DNA from: a virus
Taxonomy: Duplodnaviria > Caudoviricetes
DNA: 64,000 nt
Virus record (IMG/VR): IMGVR_UViG_3300027819_000006
Direction: 5' to 3' (one strand)
The first letter of the stretch is position 1. Each line of letters opens with the position of its first letter. Position numbers and translations under genes: made by a program. Below the pieces are notes generated by a model. It was not told the DNA's origin. It saw nothing but the letters and a program-made list of their open reading frames with translations, and did not search any database. Below, piece by piece: positions 1 through 9,806 of this stretch.

Positions 1-135
1 CGTATTTGCTGTTTCTTGAGACAGTTTTTCAAATTGCTGTCTTAAAATGCGTATATTGCTTTCTCGTATAAACTTTTTTTCAGTATGCGATTTAACTATA
101 TTTCTGATAAAATTTTCAATACTTTTCATCAACAT
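1..135 (-). CDS. N-terminal part of a gene running off the window (possibly portal protein)
   Basis: Open frame MLMKSIENFIRNIVKSHTEKKFIRES... begins at 135 after a purine-rich RBS. The portal guess rests only on its position downstream of terminase. Confidence 0.3.
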   Translation of the reverse strand, partial: MLMKSIENFIRNIVKSHTEKKFIRESNIRILRQQFEKLSQETANT

Positions 136-304
136 GTTCCCTCTTCAAATTGTTTTCAAATTCTTCAAACATTTTTTTAAGTAATTCTATATGACATTTT
201 TTTGTCTCTATTACTCTATTACAATCTACACAAAAATTTTTACAAATGTATTTTCTAATATATGTTTCTAAAATTTTCAATCATTATTCTCTGCTTAATT
301 GCTT

Positions 305-1999
305 TTACAAAAGCCATCTAAATTCATTTATTGTATCTATTGCGCTTTTATGTTGCAATGGAACTTTTCTTATTACACCAGTATTTGCATCTTTTATTTC
401 ATGTTCTGTGCTCATTACAGAAGCGAAAGATTTAGATTCTTGTCTAAAACTATTTACTAGAGTATGTTGCATTTCTATTGAATTATTGAATTTGACTCCA
501 GCATTTCTAGCATACATTCCAATTCCCAGCGACATGACTAAATCGTCATGAGCATCTTCAGATGCCTGTGGTTTGCCATATAGCATGATAAATGTTTTTA
601 GTTCTTCTAATACTCTGTTAGAGTGCAATATAATTTCTTTATTTCTTATATCTTCTTGCATTTTTGCGATCATTACTGGTCTAGTCTTGCCACTTGTAGT
701 GAAACCAGCAACAGCATTTTTAGAATATATGTCAATAAATTCTTCATCAGTATTCATGTTGACTACAGATAAAGAATCTCTTCTTTTAGAATAGTATACA
801 TTAGGATATTCAGCTTGTATAATATCTTCTAATACTCCAAGACCGTAGCTATTATTTTCTACTACTAATGTTGCTTCATTATATTCTCTACCTACTTCTA
901 TTAACATTTGAGCAAATAGTTCTGGTACAATTTTGCCTTTATATTCTGCTACTTGTTCATATTCTTCTAATTCTATTACGTGAAAAGCTGAAAAATCTGA
1001 AGAATCTCCTTTAGCAACGTCTGCAGATATTGTATATTGTTTGCCAAACTCTGGATCTTTCCAAACCCATAGATGGTTGTCTATTCCTTTTTTGTATAGT
1101 GGGTCTCTGATATATAGTTGGCCTTCACAGAAAGGGTCAAATGATTCTTTGTACCATATTAATGATTTTGGATCAAAAACAGAATTGCCAGACATCAAGA
1201 AATCTGCATCTTGCTCTTGTGCGAAGGCTTGCTCACCGATCTTCGCCTTCATTTCATCAGCCCAAGCTTGATTTCTATCTGGATGATTTTTCCAAGATAA
1301 TCTTATTGGATTGAAAAATTGCAATTTATTTCCTATTTGAGTTTGTATTCCAGATTCTGCTTCTATATATTGATTATAAAACCAACCATTAGCTCCATTT
1401 GGAGTAGACAATATAATACAATCTCCACCAGTAGATAATGTTGGTTGAGCAGATGTCCAAATGGTACGAAAATTTTTTACAAATGCGCACTCGTCTACTA
1501 CTAAAAGACTCAAAGCTTCAGATCTTGCTGCGTCTTTTGTGGTAGAAGAAGCTTGAGCTTTTGATCCATTAGCTAATGCAACAGATTGTACATTTTTTGT
1601 TTTTTGTTCTGGCTTTAACCATTCTGGTAGTTCTTCTAAAAATACCTTTATCTTTGATACAAGATTTGTTGCAACAGATGATTTAGTTGCTACTATATAT
1701 ACTTCTTTGTTAGCAAAAAAGGTTATTAACCAAGCAATATATCCTGCCACTAAAGTAGATATTCCTAATTGTCTACCTTTAAGTATTATATTATATGAAT
1801 GCTCAACAAATGCATTGATACATTCTTTCTGAAAATCCCAGAGAGCAAAGTCAATTAATCCTTTTGTGGGATGGCGCACTTTTCCATAATTTTCAAGAAA
1901 ATAGATGGGATTTTCTCGACATTTTATGTATTCTTCTAATTCTGAATTGTTCATAGAATATTCACTTCTTACATAATATAAATATAATTTGCAAAACAA
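305..1999 (-). CDS. Terminase large subunit (T4 gp17-like)
   Basis: ATPase motifs KGRQLGIST and LLVVDECAF, coupling motif STPNG, nuclease motifs ISADVA and HDDLVMS. True start is probably the internal MNNSEL. Confidence 0.93.
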   Translation of the reverse strand: MFCKLYLYYVRSEYSMNNSELEEYIKCRENPIYFLENYGKVRHPTKGLIDFALWDFQKECINAFVEHSYNIILKGRQLGISTLVAGYIAWLITFFANKEVYIVATKSSVATNLVSKIKVFLEELPEWLKPEQKTKNVQSVALANGSKAQASSTTKDAARSEALSLLVVDECAFVKNFRTIWTSAQPTLSTGGDCIILSTPNGANGWFYNQYIEAESGIQTQIGNKLQFFNPIRLSWKNHPDRNQAWADEMKAKIGEQAFAQEQDADFLMSGNSVFDPKSLIWYKESFDPFCEGQLYIRDPLYKKGIDNHLWVWKDPEFGKQYTISADVAKGDSSDFSAFHVIELEEYEQVAEYKGKIVPELFAQMLIEVGREYNEATLVVENNSYGLGVLEDIIQAEYPNVYYSKRRDSLSVVNMNTDEEFIDIYSKNAVAGFTTSGKTRPVMIAKMQEDIRNKEIILHSNRVLEELKTFIMLYGKPQASEDAHDDLVMSLGIGMYARNAGVKFNNSIEMQHTLVNSFRQESKSFASVMSTEHEIKDANTGVIRKVPLQHKSAIDTINEFRWLL

Positions 2000-2022
2000 A
2001 AAAGTACAATATCAGAAAACAC

Positions 2023-2056
2023 AAAAAGAGCCCCATAAATTAATATGGAGCTCTTT
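2023..2056 (-). terminator. Rho-independent terminator
   Basis: Hairpin AAAGAGCTCCAT..ATGGGGCTCTTT followed by T-run, downstream of the MoxR gene. Confidence 0.7.
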
Positions 2057-2083
2057 GATATTCTATTATAATCTATTTTCTAT

Positions 2084-3340
2084 CTACTTCTTCACAAAGT
2101 GTCTCTGTGCAATTTCTTTTACGATATTTCGATCATCTGTATCAAGCCGTGCATATACCACATTTTCCAGTGCTGTCTTCAATCCCCATTCATTGATCTT
2201 TTTTACAAACATCTTGAGTCTGCGAGTAGAGATTGTGCTAATGATATTTTCTGAAGCATTTGACTTGCGGACATCTAAAATGAATTCCATGATCCTCAGA
2301 GGTGTCACATCTGAAGGTTCATTCAGAATTGCTGTCACAATGTCAATTTCTTTATTTGTATATGACATTTCGAAGAAAGCATTGAACCTGTCAAGAAATG
2401 CTTCATTCAACTGAACTGTGCCTGCAAATTTCTGCTGATTCTCACCAAGTCCAAGAGTATTTGCAGTAGCAAGTACAGCAAAACCATTAGTGGGAGTCAA
2501 GACTTCTCCACCATTATCCATCAGTACGAGCTTTGCATTGTCGTCATCGAGTATAGAATGCAGAGCTGTCAGATAATGTGGGGGAGCAGAATCAATCTCA
2601 TTTACAATGATTGGAGCACCCAGCTTTATAGCCTGAGGAAAAATTCCATAAGCAAACTTTGTAATGTTTCTTCCATTCTCATCTACTGTAGCTTCTTTTG
2701 TTCCAAGAAATGTTGCCTCATCTACTCCTTGAGAAAAATCAATGTCAAAAGGATAGACTCCATCAACACAGAACTGAGGATACATTTCCTTGACAAGCAT
2801 TCTCAGAGCTGTAGTTTTACCACAGCCTGCAGGGCCATAGATATAAACGTGTTCACCATTCTCTACGCATTGCTTGATGTTATTGTAAAACTTTGGAAAA
2901 TAAAATTTGTTAGCATTCTCTTTCTTTATAGCTGTTTTTTCAAGGACAGAAATCAGATCTTCTTTAACCTGTTCAGGAGCAATCTCTACACCTTCAGAAT
3001 TAGTAGGGACAGTAGCAATGATTTTGTCAAAGTCACCAGCATTTATTTTATGGAAATTGCTGGGTATTGTCAGATGAACTGAATCTGTAAATTTTGCAAG
3101 TGGCTGAATCATGAAACCTTTGTACAATCTAGACCTGCTTATAGCTAGACTGTTATGGTTTTTGAGATTTTTACCAACTTTTGGACTAAAAACATTCCTG
3201 TACTTGAACCTATTATTGAGTGAATACTCGCAAATGAAGAATTCTCCATTTGCTTCTGGTATAGCTAAATTCAGCTTGCTATAGACATCAGAGATTTGAA
3301 TTGCCAGTTCTCTAGCAGCATATTTGTCGAATCTAGACAT
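2084..3340 (-). CDS. MoxR/CbbQ/CobS-type AAA+ ATPase
   Basis: Walker A GPAGCGKT, Walker B IVNEID, ATANT, LNEAFLDRF, ISTRRL. Confidence 0.9.
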   Translation of the reverse strand: MSRFDKYAARELAIQISDVYSKLNLAIPEANGEFFICEYSLNNRFKYRNVFSPKVGKNLKNHNSLAISRSRLYKGFMIQPLAKFTDSVHLTIPSNFHKINAGDFDKIIATVPTNSEGVEIAPEQVKEDLISVLEKTAIKKENANKFYFPKFYNNIKQCVENGEHVYIYGPAGCGKTTALRMLVKEMYPQFCVDGVYPFDIDFSQGVDEATFLGTKEATVDENGRNITKFAYGIFPQAIKLGAPIIVNEIDSAPPHYLTALHSILDDDNAKLVLMDNGGEVLTPTNGFAVLATANTLGLGENQQKFAGTVQLNEAFLDRFNAFFEMSYTNKEIDIVTAILNEPSDVTPLRIMEFILDVRKSNASENIISTISTRRLKMFVKKINEWGLKTALENVVYARLDTDDRNIVKEIAQRHFVKK

Positions 3341-3379
3341 TTGAAGAATCTCCTTTGTTTGTAGTAACCATCATTTTGT

Positions 3380-3416
3380 AATGGTTAAATATAAACAATC
3401 TATGTTAGAAAGTAAA
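3380..3416 (-). promoter_or_regulatory. Sigma70-like promoter, repeated motif copy 1
   Basis: TTTACT-17 nt-TATATT followed by TAACCATT. Near-identical copies at 5175, 36968 and 63075. Confidence 0.75.
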
Positions 3417-3421
3417 ACGTT

Positions 3422-5149
3422 TTATGATAAAGATGCAATTAATTTATTCTTGAGATTCTTCAAAAATGATTCTTCAAGATTTTCTACATCTTTTGCATAT
3501 ATAGAATTTTCTTTTCCATAATATTTTTCAATTTTTGTTGACCCACCAAATCCGAATGCAAATAGTTCAATATCAGTTTCATTCATGATTTTATTTACTA
3601 CATGCTTCAGATAATCATGTAACATAATTTTGCTATACTTTTCATTTATAACACCTTGTGGAGTTCCATCTGACAGTACAAATAGAATTTTTTTGTCTAT
3701 AGGACTAGAATTCTTCAACAAATGTTTTGCTGCATATTCAACAGATTCTCCATCATTATTTTCTGTGCTGCTTGGCAAGCCAGGTATTTGAAATTCATAA
3801 TCTGCATGATGAGCAAGTGCTTGAGACATGACATTGGAAATTGCAGAATCAGAATATTTGTCTTTGAAATCATGCATTATTTCATAAAACTTGGGATAAC
3901 AAGAAACATAATTCTTTGATTTGTGACAATGTTTGAATATCCAATCTCTATCTGGATTATCACTCGAAAATCCAATAACAGAAAATTCAATGCCGAGCAT
4001 AGACAAAGACTTGGAAATTATTTTAGCAAGATACAGAGCATTATAGAACCTGCTTTTACCATTTGTTTCTCGAGCAACCATTGAACCTGACATATCTACA
4101 AGAATAACAACTTTTGCATGTATTTTTTCTGTATTCACAACTTTATAGAATGGTGCATCTGTCAAATTGCAAGAAAACAACCCTAACTTGTTTTTAGCAA
4201 TTCTCTTACCTTTTTTGAAACCAGAAAATTTGAATTTGCTAGTCTTTGACCTCAGAATTGTAGCCATGATCTTTGTCATAGTACTTAGTTTAGAATTATT
4301 AGACTTGAATTGATTAGATACAGCATCATTCTTCTTGTACTTGTAGATATAGTCTCCGTCTGTATAGTTAGTAAATTTAGATATCTTCATTGAAGACTTT
4401 GAAATTGTCTTTATATCTTCTGATAATATAGTTTCTATAAGTTCTTTCTCTATATCTTTAGCTATAGCTTCAAGTTTTGTATTAATAAGACTAGTTTTAG
4501 ACTCATCAGAATCAGTTCCGGGAACTGGTTTCATAGAAATTCTTGTGACATACTTCTGTTCCTGCTCTTCCATTTTAATCTTGTCTTTGATAAATTCATA
4601 AATTTCTTTTGAGACATTGTAGACGTCTTGCAAATTTTTGGCCTTTGAAGCCTTGTCAAAATATGGCGAAAGCTCTGAATAGGCTTTCTCTACATCTTCT
4701 GGCAAGTCAAATTTAAAATGTGTTCTGTACATGTATGAAGAAATAGCATTTGCATATTCTGCGCCATCAGTTTTAGTTTCTTTTTCAAGCTTGTGTAAAT
4801 ATTCATTTAAATACTCTTCTCTGAGTGAATAAATATTCAGAGTTTCTCCAGGCTTATCTTGAATTGCATCAATTCTTGCATCTTCCAAACAATTACAGAT
4901 CTGCTTCAACAGCATATTTTTTTTGAACTCTGGAATATAGTCGTTCCATCCGAATGTATACCTCTTGTGTCGAACCTCATGATCAACAAAACCTCGAACC
5001 TTTTTGATATCTTTGTCTGAAATCTCTAGATCATTGATCTGCGGCAAGTGAATGATGTCTTTTTCATCAATATATGCTCCATCTTCTGAATCCCAGTAGA
5101 CTTCTGTATTATCAAGGTTTGCAATTGCTTCTGTTCTTGATTTCCACAT
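3422..5149 (-). CDS. CobT-like protein with N-terminal metallopeptidase-like HExxH and C-terminal vWA domain (MoxR partner)
   Basis: DHEVRH, NCLEDARI, MIDAS DMSGSM, NNDGESV, LFVLSDG; adjacent to the MoxR gene. Confidence 0.85.
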   Translation of the reverse strand: MWKSRTEAIANLDNTEVYWDSEDGAYIDEKDIIHLPQINDLEISDKDIKKVRGFVDHEVRHKRYTFGWNDYIPEFKKNMLLKQICNCLEDARIDAIQDKPGETLNIYSLREEYLNEYLHKLEKETKTDGAEYANAISSYMYRTHFKFDLPEDVEKAYSELSPYFDKASKAKNLQDVYNVSKEIYEFIKDKIKMEEQEQKYVTRISMKPVPGTDSDESKTSLINTKLEAIAKDIEKELIETILSEDIKTISKSSMKISKFTNYTDGDYIYKYKKNDAVSNQFKSNNSKLSTMTKIMATILRSKTSKFKFSGFKKGKRIAKNKLGLFSCNLTDAPFYKVVNTEKIHAKVVILVDMSGSMVARETNGKSRFYNALYLAKIISKSLSMLGIEFSVIGFSSDNPDRDWIFKHCHKSKNYVSCYPKFYEIMHDFKDKYSDSAISNVMSQALAHHADYEFQIPGLPSSTENNDGESVEYAAKHLLKNSSPIDKKILFVLSDGTPQGVINEKYSKIMLHDYLKHVVNKIMNETDIELFAFGFGGSTKIEKYYGKENSIYAKDVENLEESFLKNLKNKLIASLS

Positions 5150-5174
5150 TTTGAAGTTCCTTTCATTATTTTGT

Positions 5175-5211
5175 AATGGTTAAATATAAACAATTTAGCC
5201 ATAAAAGTAAA
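5175..5211 (-). promoter_or_regulatory. Sigma70-like promoter, repeated motif copy 2
   Basis: TTTACT-17 nt-TATATT-TAACCATT upstream of the vWA gene. Confidence 0.75.
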
Positions 5212-5212
5212 C

Positions 5213-5247
5213 AAAAAAGAGCAAACCACTAAAAAATAGTTTGCTCA
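5213..5247 (-). terminator. Rho-independent terminator
   Basis: GAGCAAAC/GTTTGCTC stem followed by T-run on the minus strand. Confidence 0.65.
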
Positions 5248-5269
5248 TTAAAATAGTATGCAACAAATA

Positions 5270-5605
5270 TTAAATTTTTACAGGCCAGCGTGCTCTAAAT
5301 CCTCTTTTTGATATCAAAACATTAGTTATTCTATCAACTAAAAATTTCTTTATGCTCTGCTTTTTGCCAGGAGTTATGTCATAAGCATACAGATAAACTC
5401 CATATTCTCCAATTTTCATTTCGTAGGGTTCAGTTATGCGTAAGCTTGCTGCACCGGACAGCTTTGTATAATTGATATTGATTATCTTCACTTTACTCAA
5501 AGCTTGTCTTATATGAGCTACTATAGCATCAGACTTCATAGTTCCCGGAGTTCTTTCAAACCAGTCTGTAGCTTCTGCAAGATGCTGCTTGTCTATACTG
5601 TTCAT
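5270..5605 (-). CDS. WYL-domain protein
   Basis: ININY..., RITEPY, YLYAYD, KKFLVDRI match the WYL pattern. Confidence 0.75.
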   Translation of the reverse strand: MNSIDKQHLAEATDWFERTPGTMKSDAIVAHIRQALSKVKIININYTKLSGAASLRITEPYEMKIGEYGVYLYAYDITPGKKQSIKKFLVDRITNVLISKRGFRARWPVKI

Positions 5606-5625
5606 TTATTGGAACTCCATTTTAT

Positions 5626-6375
5626 CTAATTTTTGTTTGATACATAAAATAAAGCTATATTTTTGATAAATTCTGCTGCTTTAATAGCATAATAATTGTC
5701 AGTTTCAACAATAACTTCATGACGATTATTATGTTTTAAAATATCTTTTAAATTACTATAACCATCAAAATGCAACTCTAATGCTTCTTTAATTTCATTA
5801 TATATCACATAAATATTAAAATTTAAAATAGTAGCGGGCTTTTTATATTCTTCCTCATGTTTTTCTATATATTCAATAATATCTTTTATCGTTTTTTCTT
5901 CAAATTTTTTATCTTGTTTGCATTTATCTATTAATTTTTGAAATATTCTATTGTGCAGCGTATAAAAATCATCAGTATGTTTTGATTGAAAGTATTTTGA
6001 TCCATCAATTGGGAATACAATATATGGATCACCATATCCAAAACTAACTGTTGCAGATGTATTTATTATACTTGTGTAGCAGAATATACTTTTTTGTCTT
6101 GATGGCAAATGTGAATAATGATTAATTCTATAATATTCTATAAACTCATCTATTCTACTATCAGTATCTATCAACTTTCTTTTACCATTTTTATGTATTT
6201 TATAAGCATTTGAATTTATTCCAGCTGACCTTCTCAATCCTCTAATCAGACATCTATCTATTTCATTAAATGCGTTATAAGCTTCTGAACAATATGTTTT
6301 AACATGAGTGGCAAATTTAGATATCGATATCATTTCATATGTAATGTTTTCTTTTAGTAGCGAAGATAATTTCAT
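5626..6375 (-). CDS. Hypothetical protein, possible ADP-ribosyltransferase-like fold
   Basis: LIRG, SIFCYT, PYIVFP and HEVIV spacing resembles ART strands; MKLSSLLKE leader. Confidence 0.4.
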   Translation of the reverse strand: MKLSSLLKENITYEMISISKFATHVKTYCSEAYNAFNEIDRCLIRGLRRSAGINSNAYKIHKNGKRKLIDTDSRIDEFIEYYRINHYSHLPSRQKSIFCYTSIINTSATVSFGYGDPYIVFPIDGSKYFQSKHTDDFYTLHNRIFQKLIDKCKQDKKFEEKTIKDIIEYIEKHEEEYKKPATILNFNIYVIYNEIKEALELHFDGYSNLKDILKHNNRHEVIVETDNYYAIKAAEFIKNIALFYVSNKN

Positions 6376-6376
6376 A

Positions 6377-6640
6377 TTAATCGTCTAATAAACTATACTG
6401 CGAGAACAACTGAATCAAATCTTTCTCAGTATGTATATTCAGCAGGTCTCCAATAAAAAATTTGACTGAATTAAAGTTCCAGCCCTTTCCAATCAATCTT
6501 CCAGTGATCAGTCCTTTATACTTACTAACAGCTGTAATGTTATCTTTTTGCATTGAGTTCACATATCTTATACATAGTCTCTCAATATCAGACATTGAAT
6601 CTTGAATTTCTATTGTTTCGGCTACTGTTCTTAATTTCAA
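6377..6640 (-). CDS. Hypothetical protein
   Basis: ORF coupled to its neighbours; MKL start. Confidence 0.55.
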   Translation of the reverse strand: MKLRTVAETIEIQDSMSDIERLCIRYVNSMQKDNITAVSKYKGLITGRLIGKGWNFNSVKFFIGDLLNIHTEKDLIQLFSQYSLLDD

Positions 6641-7284
6641 GTGTTTTCTCTATTTAAATCTATCATTAATTCTTCTTTTCTGATAATTTTTGTATCTTCT
6701 GAGAATACTAAAATTTCTTTCTGCTCTTCGTAAGCTATTTCTTCTTTGTGTATAGAATATTGATTTTGACCATACTGATAATATTTCCTCAAACAGCCAA
6801 TCACTTCAACAAATAGCTCTATTAATTCAGAATATGTTCTATTTTCTTTATGATTTTTTACTATATTTTCTAAAAAATCAGTTTTAGCTAATTGTTTCAA
6901 AATATTGTGCACAACTACTATATTTCCATTCATTTTAGCTAAATTTTTACAGATAATGAAACCATAGCTCTTATTGAAAGTTTTATTCAGCTGTTCAGGT
7001 TTTAATATGCTAAAAGAAACAGGCTGAAAGTTTAGATTATGAAAACCTATAGTATGTATATCTTCAATAAATTTAGCATATTCTTTTTCTATTAGATCGA
7101 ACCATCTGTAAACAATCAAATTTTTAGGAAGTTTTATACTAAATTTAGAGCTTGCAACAAGACTTTCATGTCTGAGTATATTTGATAAAGCTCGTCTTCT
7201 TTCTTCGCTGAAAGAATAGACATATTCCAATATTATGTATAGAGCATTTATATCATTGCTGTATAATATATCTTTCAGTTTCAA
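6637..7284 (-). CDS. Hypothetical protein, possible ADP-ribosyltransferase-like (R-S-E) fold
   Basis: LIVYRW, VSFS, EEQKEILV; MKLKDIL leader with TTG start. Confidence 0.45.
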   Translation of the reverse strand: MKLKDILYSNDINALYIILEYVYSFSEERRRALSNILRHESLVASSKFSIKLPKNLIVYRWFDLIEKEYAKFIEDIHTIGFHNLNFQPVSFSILKPEQLNKTFNKSYGFIICKNLAKMNGNIVVVHNILKQLAKTDFLENIVKNHKENRTYSELIELFVEVIGCLRKYYQYGQNQYSIHKEEIAYEEQKEILVFSEDTKIIRKEELMIDLNRENT

Positions 7285-7487
7285 AATTTATCTCTATTTA
7301 AACATTCCATTACATATTCAAAAGCTTTTTCTAGTTCTTTAGCAGCAACTTCAGGTTTAGCATTTATCTTTTTAGCTAATTTGAAACAAGGGTATGAAAA
7401 ATCCCCAAATTTATTCCTTAATTTAGGATCATTTTCTTTTATATCATTCAAAACACTATTAAAATCTTCTTCTATAATATAACTAAT
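7281..7487 (-). CDS. Short ORF resembling the arginyl-tRNA synthetase N-terminal domain (not in ORF track)
   Basis: Open frame ISYIIEEDFNSVLNDIKENDPKLRNKFGDFSYPCFKLAKKINAKPEVAAKELEKAF.... Start uncertain (ATT 7487 or TTG 7451). TGA overlaps the next TTG. Confidence 0.55.
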   Translation of the reverse strand: MSYIIEEDFNSVLNDIKENDPKLRNKFGDFSYPCFKLAKKINAKPEVAAKELEKAFEYVMECLNRDKF

Positions 7488-7537
7488 TATAGTTGTTCTA
7501 TAAATATAATGGAGCTGATAAAAATTGCATCTATTAT

Positions 7538-7882
7538 TGGTGGACCTGGAGAATATCGAAATTCTCGTGTAGTCTATGCTACATAAAAATTGTATTGTAC
7601 ATGCTTTTGCAAATTCTAATTTTTCATTCTGTTATAAAGAATTAGCAAAGTTTATAACAGAATTATTCTTTCTATTTATTAAAAGAAGTGTTCTTATCAG
7701 ATATGAATGATGCTATTCTATTTCCTATCTGCAAAATTTAGATAGCATAGCTGTTTAGCTCTTAAGCAGCTAGTTTGTATTGATTTTTGTCAATTACTAT
7801 TTTGCTGTAAGTTTAAAGAGTTTATAGCAAACTCTGCATGCAATTCTTACTTTACATACCTATCGATTCCAATTTCAGGCCC
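7538..7882 (-). ncRNA. ssrA: tmRNA (complete), tag (A)DKNQYKLAA
   Basis: 5' GGGCCTG pairs with 3' CAGGTCC-ACCA with a G3.U pair; AATCGATAGG D-loop region; GCATGC and AAGCATGTA; T-arm GAGAAT-TTCGAT-ATTCTC; tag ORF GAC...GCT GCT TAA at 7762-7791. Confidence 0.92.
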
Positions 7883-7889
7883 AAAATCT

Positions 7890-8201
7890 TTCCTACTACA
7901 TGCTTTTTGTAGAATTCTACATTTCAACAATATTTTGAATCCCTACAAAGTATAATATTATTGAATTAGATTGATTTCATTTGCATCTATCTAACCAATC
8001 AATGCAAATTATCTCATTTAAATGATATCTCAGTAAAATCTATGAGATAAGACTTTATAGAGACAAGCAGTTTAATCTCCTAAGCTGCTAGTTTGTAGCT
8101 TTGATTGTCATTTAAGACTTTAATCAGCTTTTAACGAAGCCTCTGATTAACTTCGGCATGCAATCATACTAATTATTATCCAGTCGATTATAATCGCCCC
8201 C
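7890..8201 (-). ncRNA. ssrA: Second tmRNA lacking T-arm and 3' acceptor strand, tag (A)DNQSYKLAA
   Basis: 5' GGGGGCGATTATAATCGACTGG; pseudoknot CGAAG/CTTCG plus TTAATCAG/CTGATTAA; tag ORF at 8080-8109; AAGCATGTAG, then runs directly into the next tmRNA 5' end. Confidence 0.8.
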
Positions 8202-8253
8202 GTTATTTTTGATTTGTGTTGATATTTACTTCTGATAGCTTCAAGTTTGTTCT

Positions 8254-9804
8254 CTAAATAAGTACAGTATTTCCATTTGAGTTCAGAAATGTTGTAGTCT
8301 TTTCTGGTCCTTTTGATTCTAATCTTACAGGATTACTCCACAATATAAATATACTGTTGAGAACCTCTTTAGTATCAGCTATATCTAAAGTAATATCTTT
8401 ATCTGTATTATGTTTTAGCAACAGAGTTCCATTTCTACCATAGTTCATATCTACTACTTCTAGATTCGGCCTACCATGATTTGTTAACATGAATAATAGT
8501 TTTTGTTTCACATCTTTGAATTCTTTTGAAGATATTTGATATGTTATACCTTTTGGATCACCTTCTGCAGGTTCAGCTTTTGATTTATCTATTGTAAAAA
8601 GTTTCAGCTGAACACAAAGTTCTCTTGTAAAAAATTCATCTATGAACTCAACATCATTATAATATTTTCTAACTTCAAATATCTTTTCATGTCCAATATT
8701 CAGCTTCTTGTCCCAGTTCTTTTTTGTCTTGTAATCATCACATTCTTCCCATTCTCTGCCGAACTGTCCTTTATTCCATCTTTCTTCAATATCATTCCAT
8801 ATTTCTAGACCTAGTTTGTATGGATTCAAAGATCTAGATGATCCCATGGTGGCAGCATGATGCTCAGCATAATCTATAATTTCTGAATCGTCAAGAATTC
8901 CTCTTTTTGTAAGAATATGACTATGCCAATAACTTGCCCATCCCTCATTCATAATTTTCGTCATTCCTTGTGGAGCAAAGTAATATGCCTCTTCTCTGAT
9001 CATAGACATAATATTTCTCTGCCACTGTTTCATCGGAGCATGTTCAATCAGAAATAGAAGGAGATCTTTATAGGGTTTCTTAAGACTTTTTGCTTCCTCT
9101 TCTTCAAGTTCTTTCTTCTTTTCTTTTTTAAGTTTTTCAATTTCATCATCAGGATTAACAAATTTGTCCATATAAAATTTATCTGCAGAAACTTTAATTC
9201 TGTCTATATTCTGAGATTCTAAATCTATGTTCTTGTCTTCTTGTTCTTCTGGTGCTTTACTCTTTGCCATTAATATTTCATGTCTATCAATGTGTTGTTC
9301 TAAACTTGAGCAGATATCAATGAAATCTTCTACTTCTTTTTCTCCATATAGATCTATATATTGACTTACAATCTTAGCATGATTGCTGAATTGATTGATC
9401 ATTTTTCTATCTGTATTGGAAAACCAGATATTGTTTTTAAAGAAATCAGCATGTCCATAGACATGAGCCATAACTAATTTCTGATCTACTAATGTATTAT
9501 TTGTCATTAGATATGCATATACAGGATCTGTATTTACAACCATCTCTGATATTTTAGATAGACCGTAAAAATATTCTTTGTACATATGAGAATATGATTG
9601 TCCAAATTCCCAGTGAGAATATCTTTCCATGAAACCTGTTCTTGCAGCTATCTGATAAAGATCATCTGGTGAAACCATTTCAAAGACAGTTTTAAAAAAA
9701 TCAAGCTTTTCTTCTATAGCGATATCTTCTATTTTATATTTCCATTCTTTAAGATAATAAGGAAATTTTATTACTTGATCAAATTTATTATATGATTTTT
9801 CCAT
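8254..9804 (-). CDS. spoVR: SpoVR/YcgB family protein
   Basis: HWEFGQSY, SKISEMVVNTDP, AHVYGHADFFKNN, TKIMNEGWASYWH, LNPYKLG. Confidence 0.95.
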   Translation of the reverse strand: MEKSYNKFDQVIKFPYYLKEWKYKIEDIAIEEKLDFFKTVFEMVSPDDLYQIAARTGFMERYSHWEFGQSYSHMYKEYFYGLSKISEMVVNTDPVYAYLMTNNTLVDQKLVMAHVYGHADFFKNNIWFSNTDRKMINQFSNHAKIVSQYIDLYGEKEVEDFIDICSSLEQHIDRHEILMAKSKAPEEQEDKNIDLESQNIDRIKVSADKFYMDKFVNPDDEIEKLKKEKKKELEEEEAKSLKKPYKDLLLFLIEHAPMKQWQRNIMSMIREEAYYFAPQGMTKIMNEGWASYWHSHILTKRGILDDSEIIDYAEHHAATMGSSRSLNPYKLGLEIWNDIEERWNKGQFGREWEECDDYKTKKNWDKKLNIGHEKIFEVRKYYNDVEFIDEFFTRELCVQLKLFTIDKSKAEPAEGDPKGITYQISSKEFKDVKQKLLFMLTNHGRPNLEVVDMNYGRNGTLLLKHNTDKDITLDIADTKEVLNSIFILWSNPVRLESKGPEKTTTFLNSNGNTVLI

Positions 9805-9806
9805 AT

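Noticed and set aside
7281-7487. Frameshifted full-length argS pseudogene
   Set aside because: The frame is open and ends cleanly at the next start; no catalytic-domain sequence follows.
8202-8260. Circularly permuted (two-piece) arrangement for the upstream tmRNA
   Set aside because: No T-arm or acceptor-CCA segment is present upstream of its 5' end.
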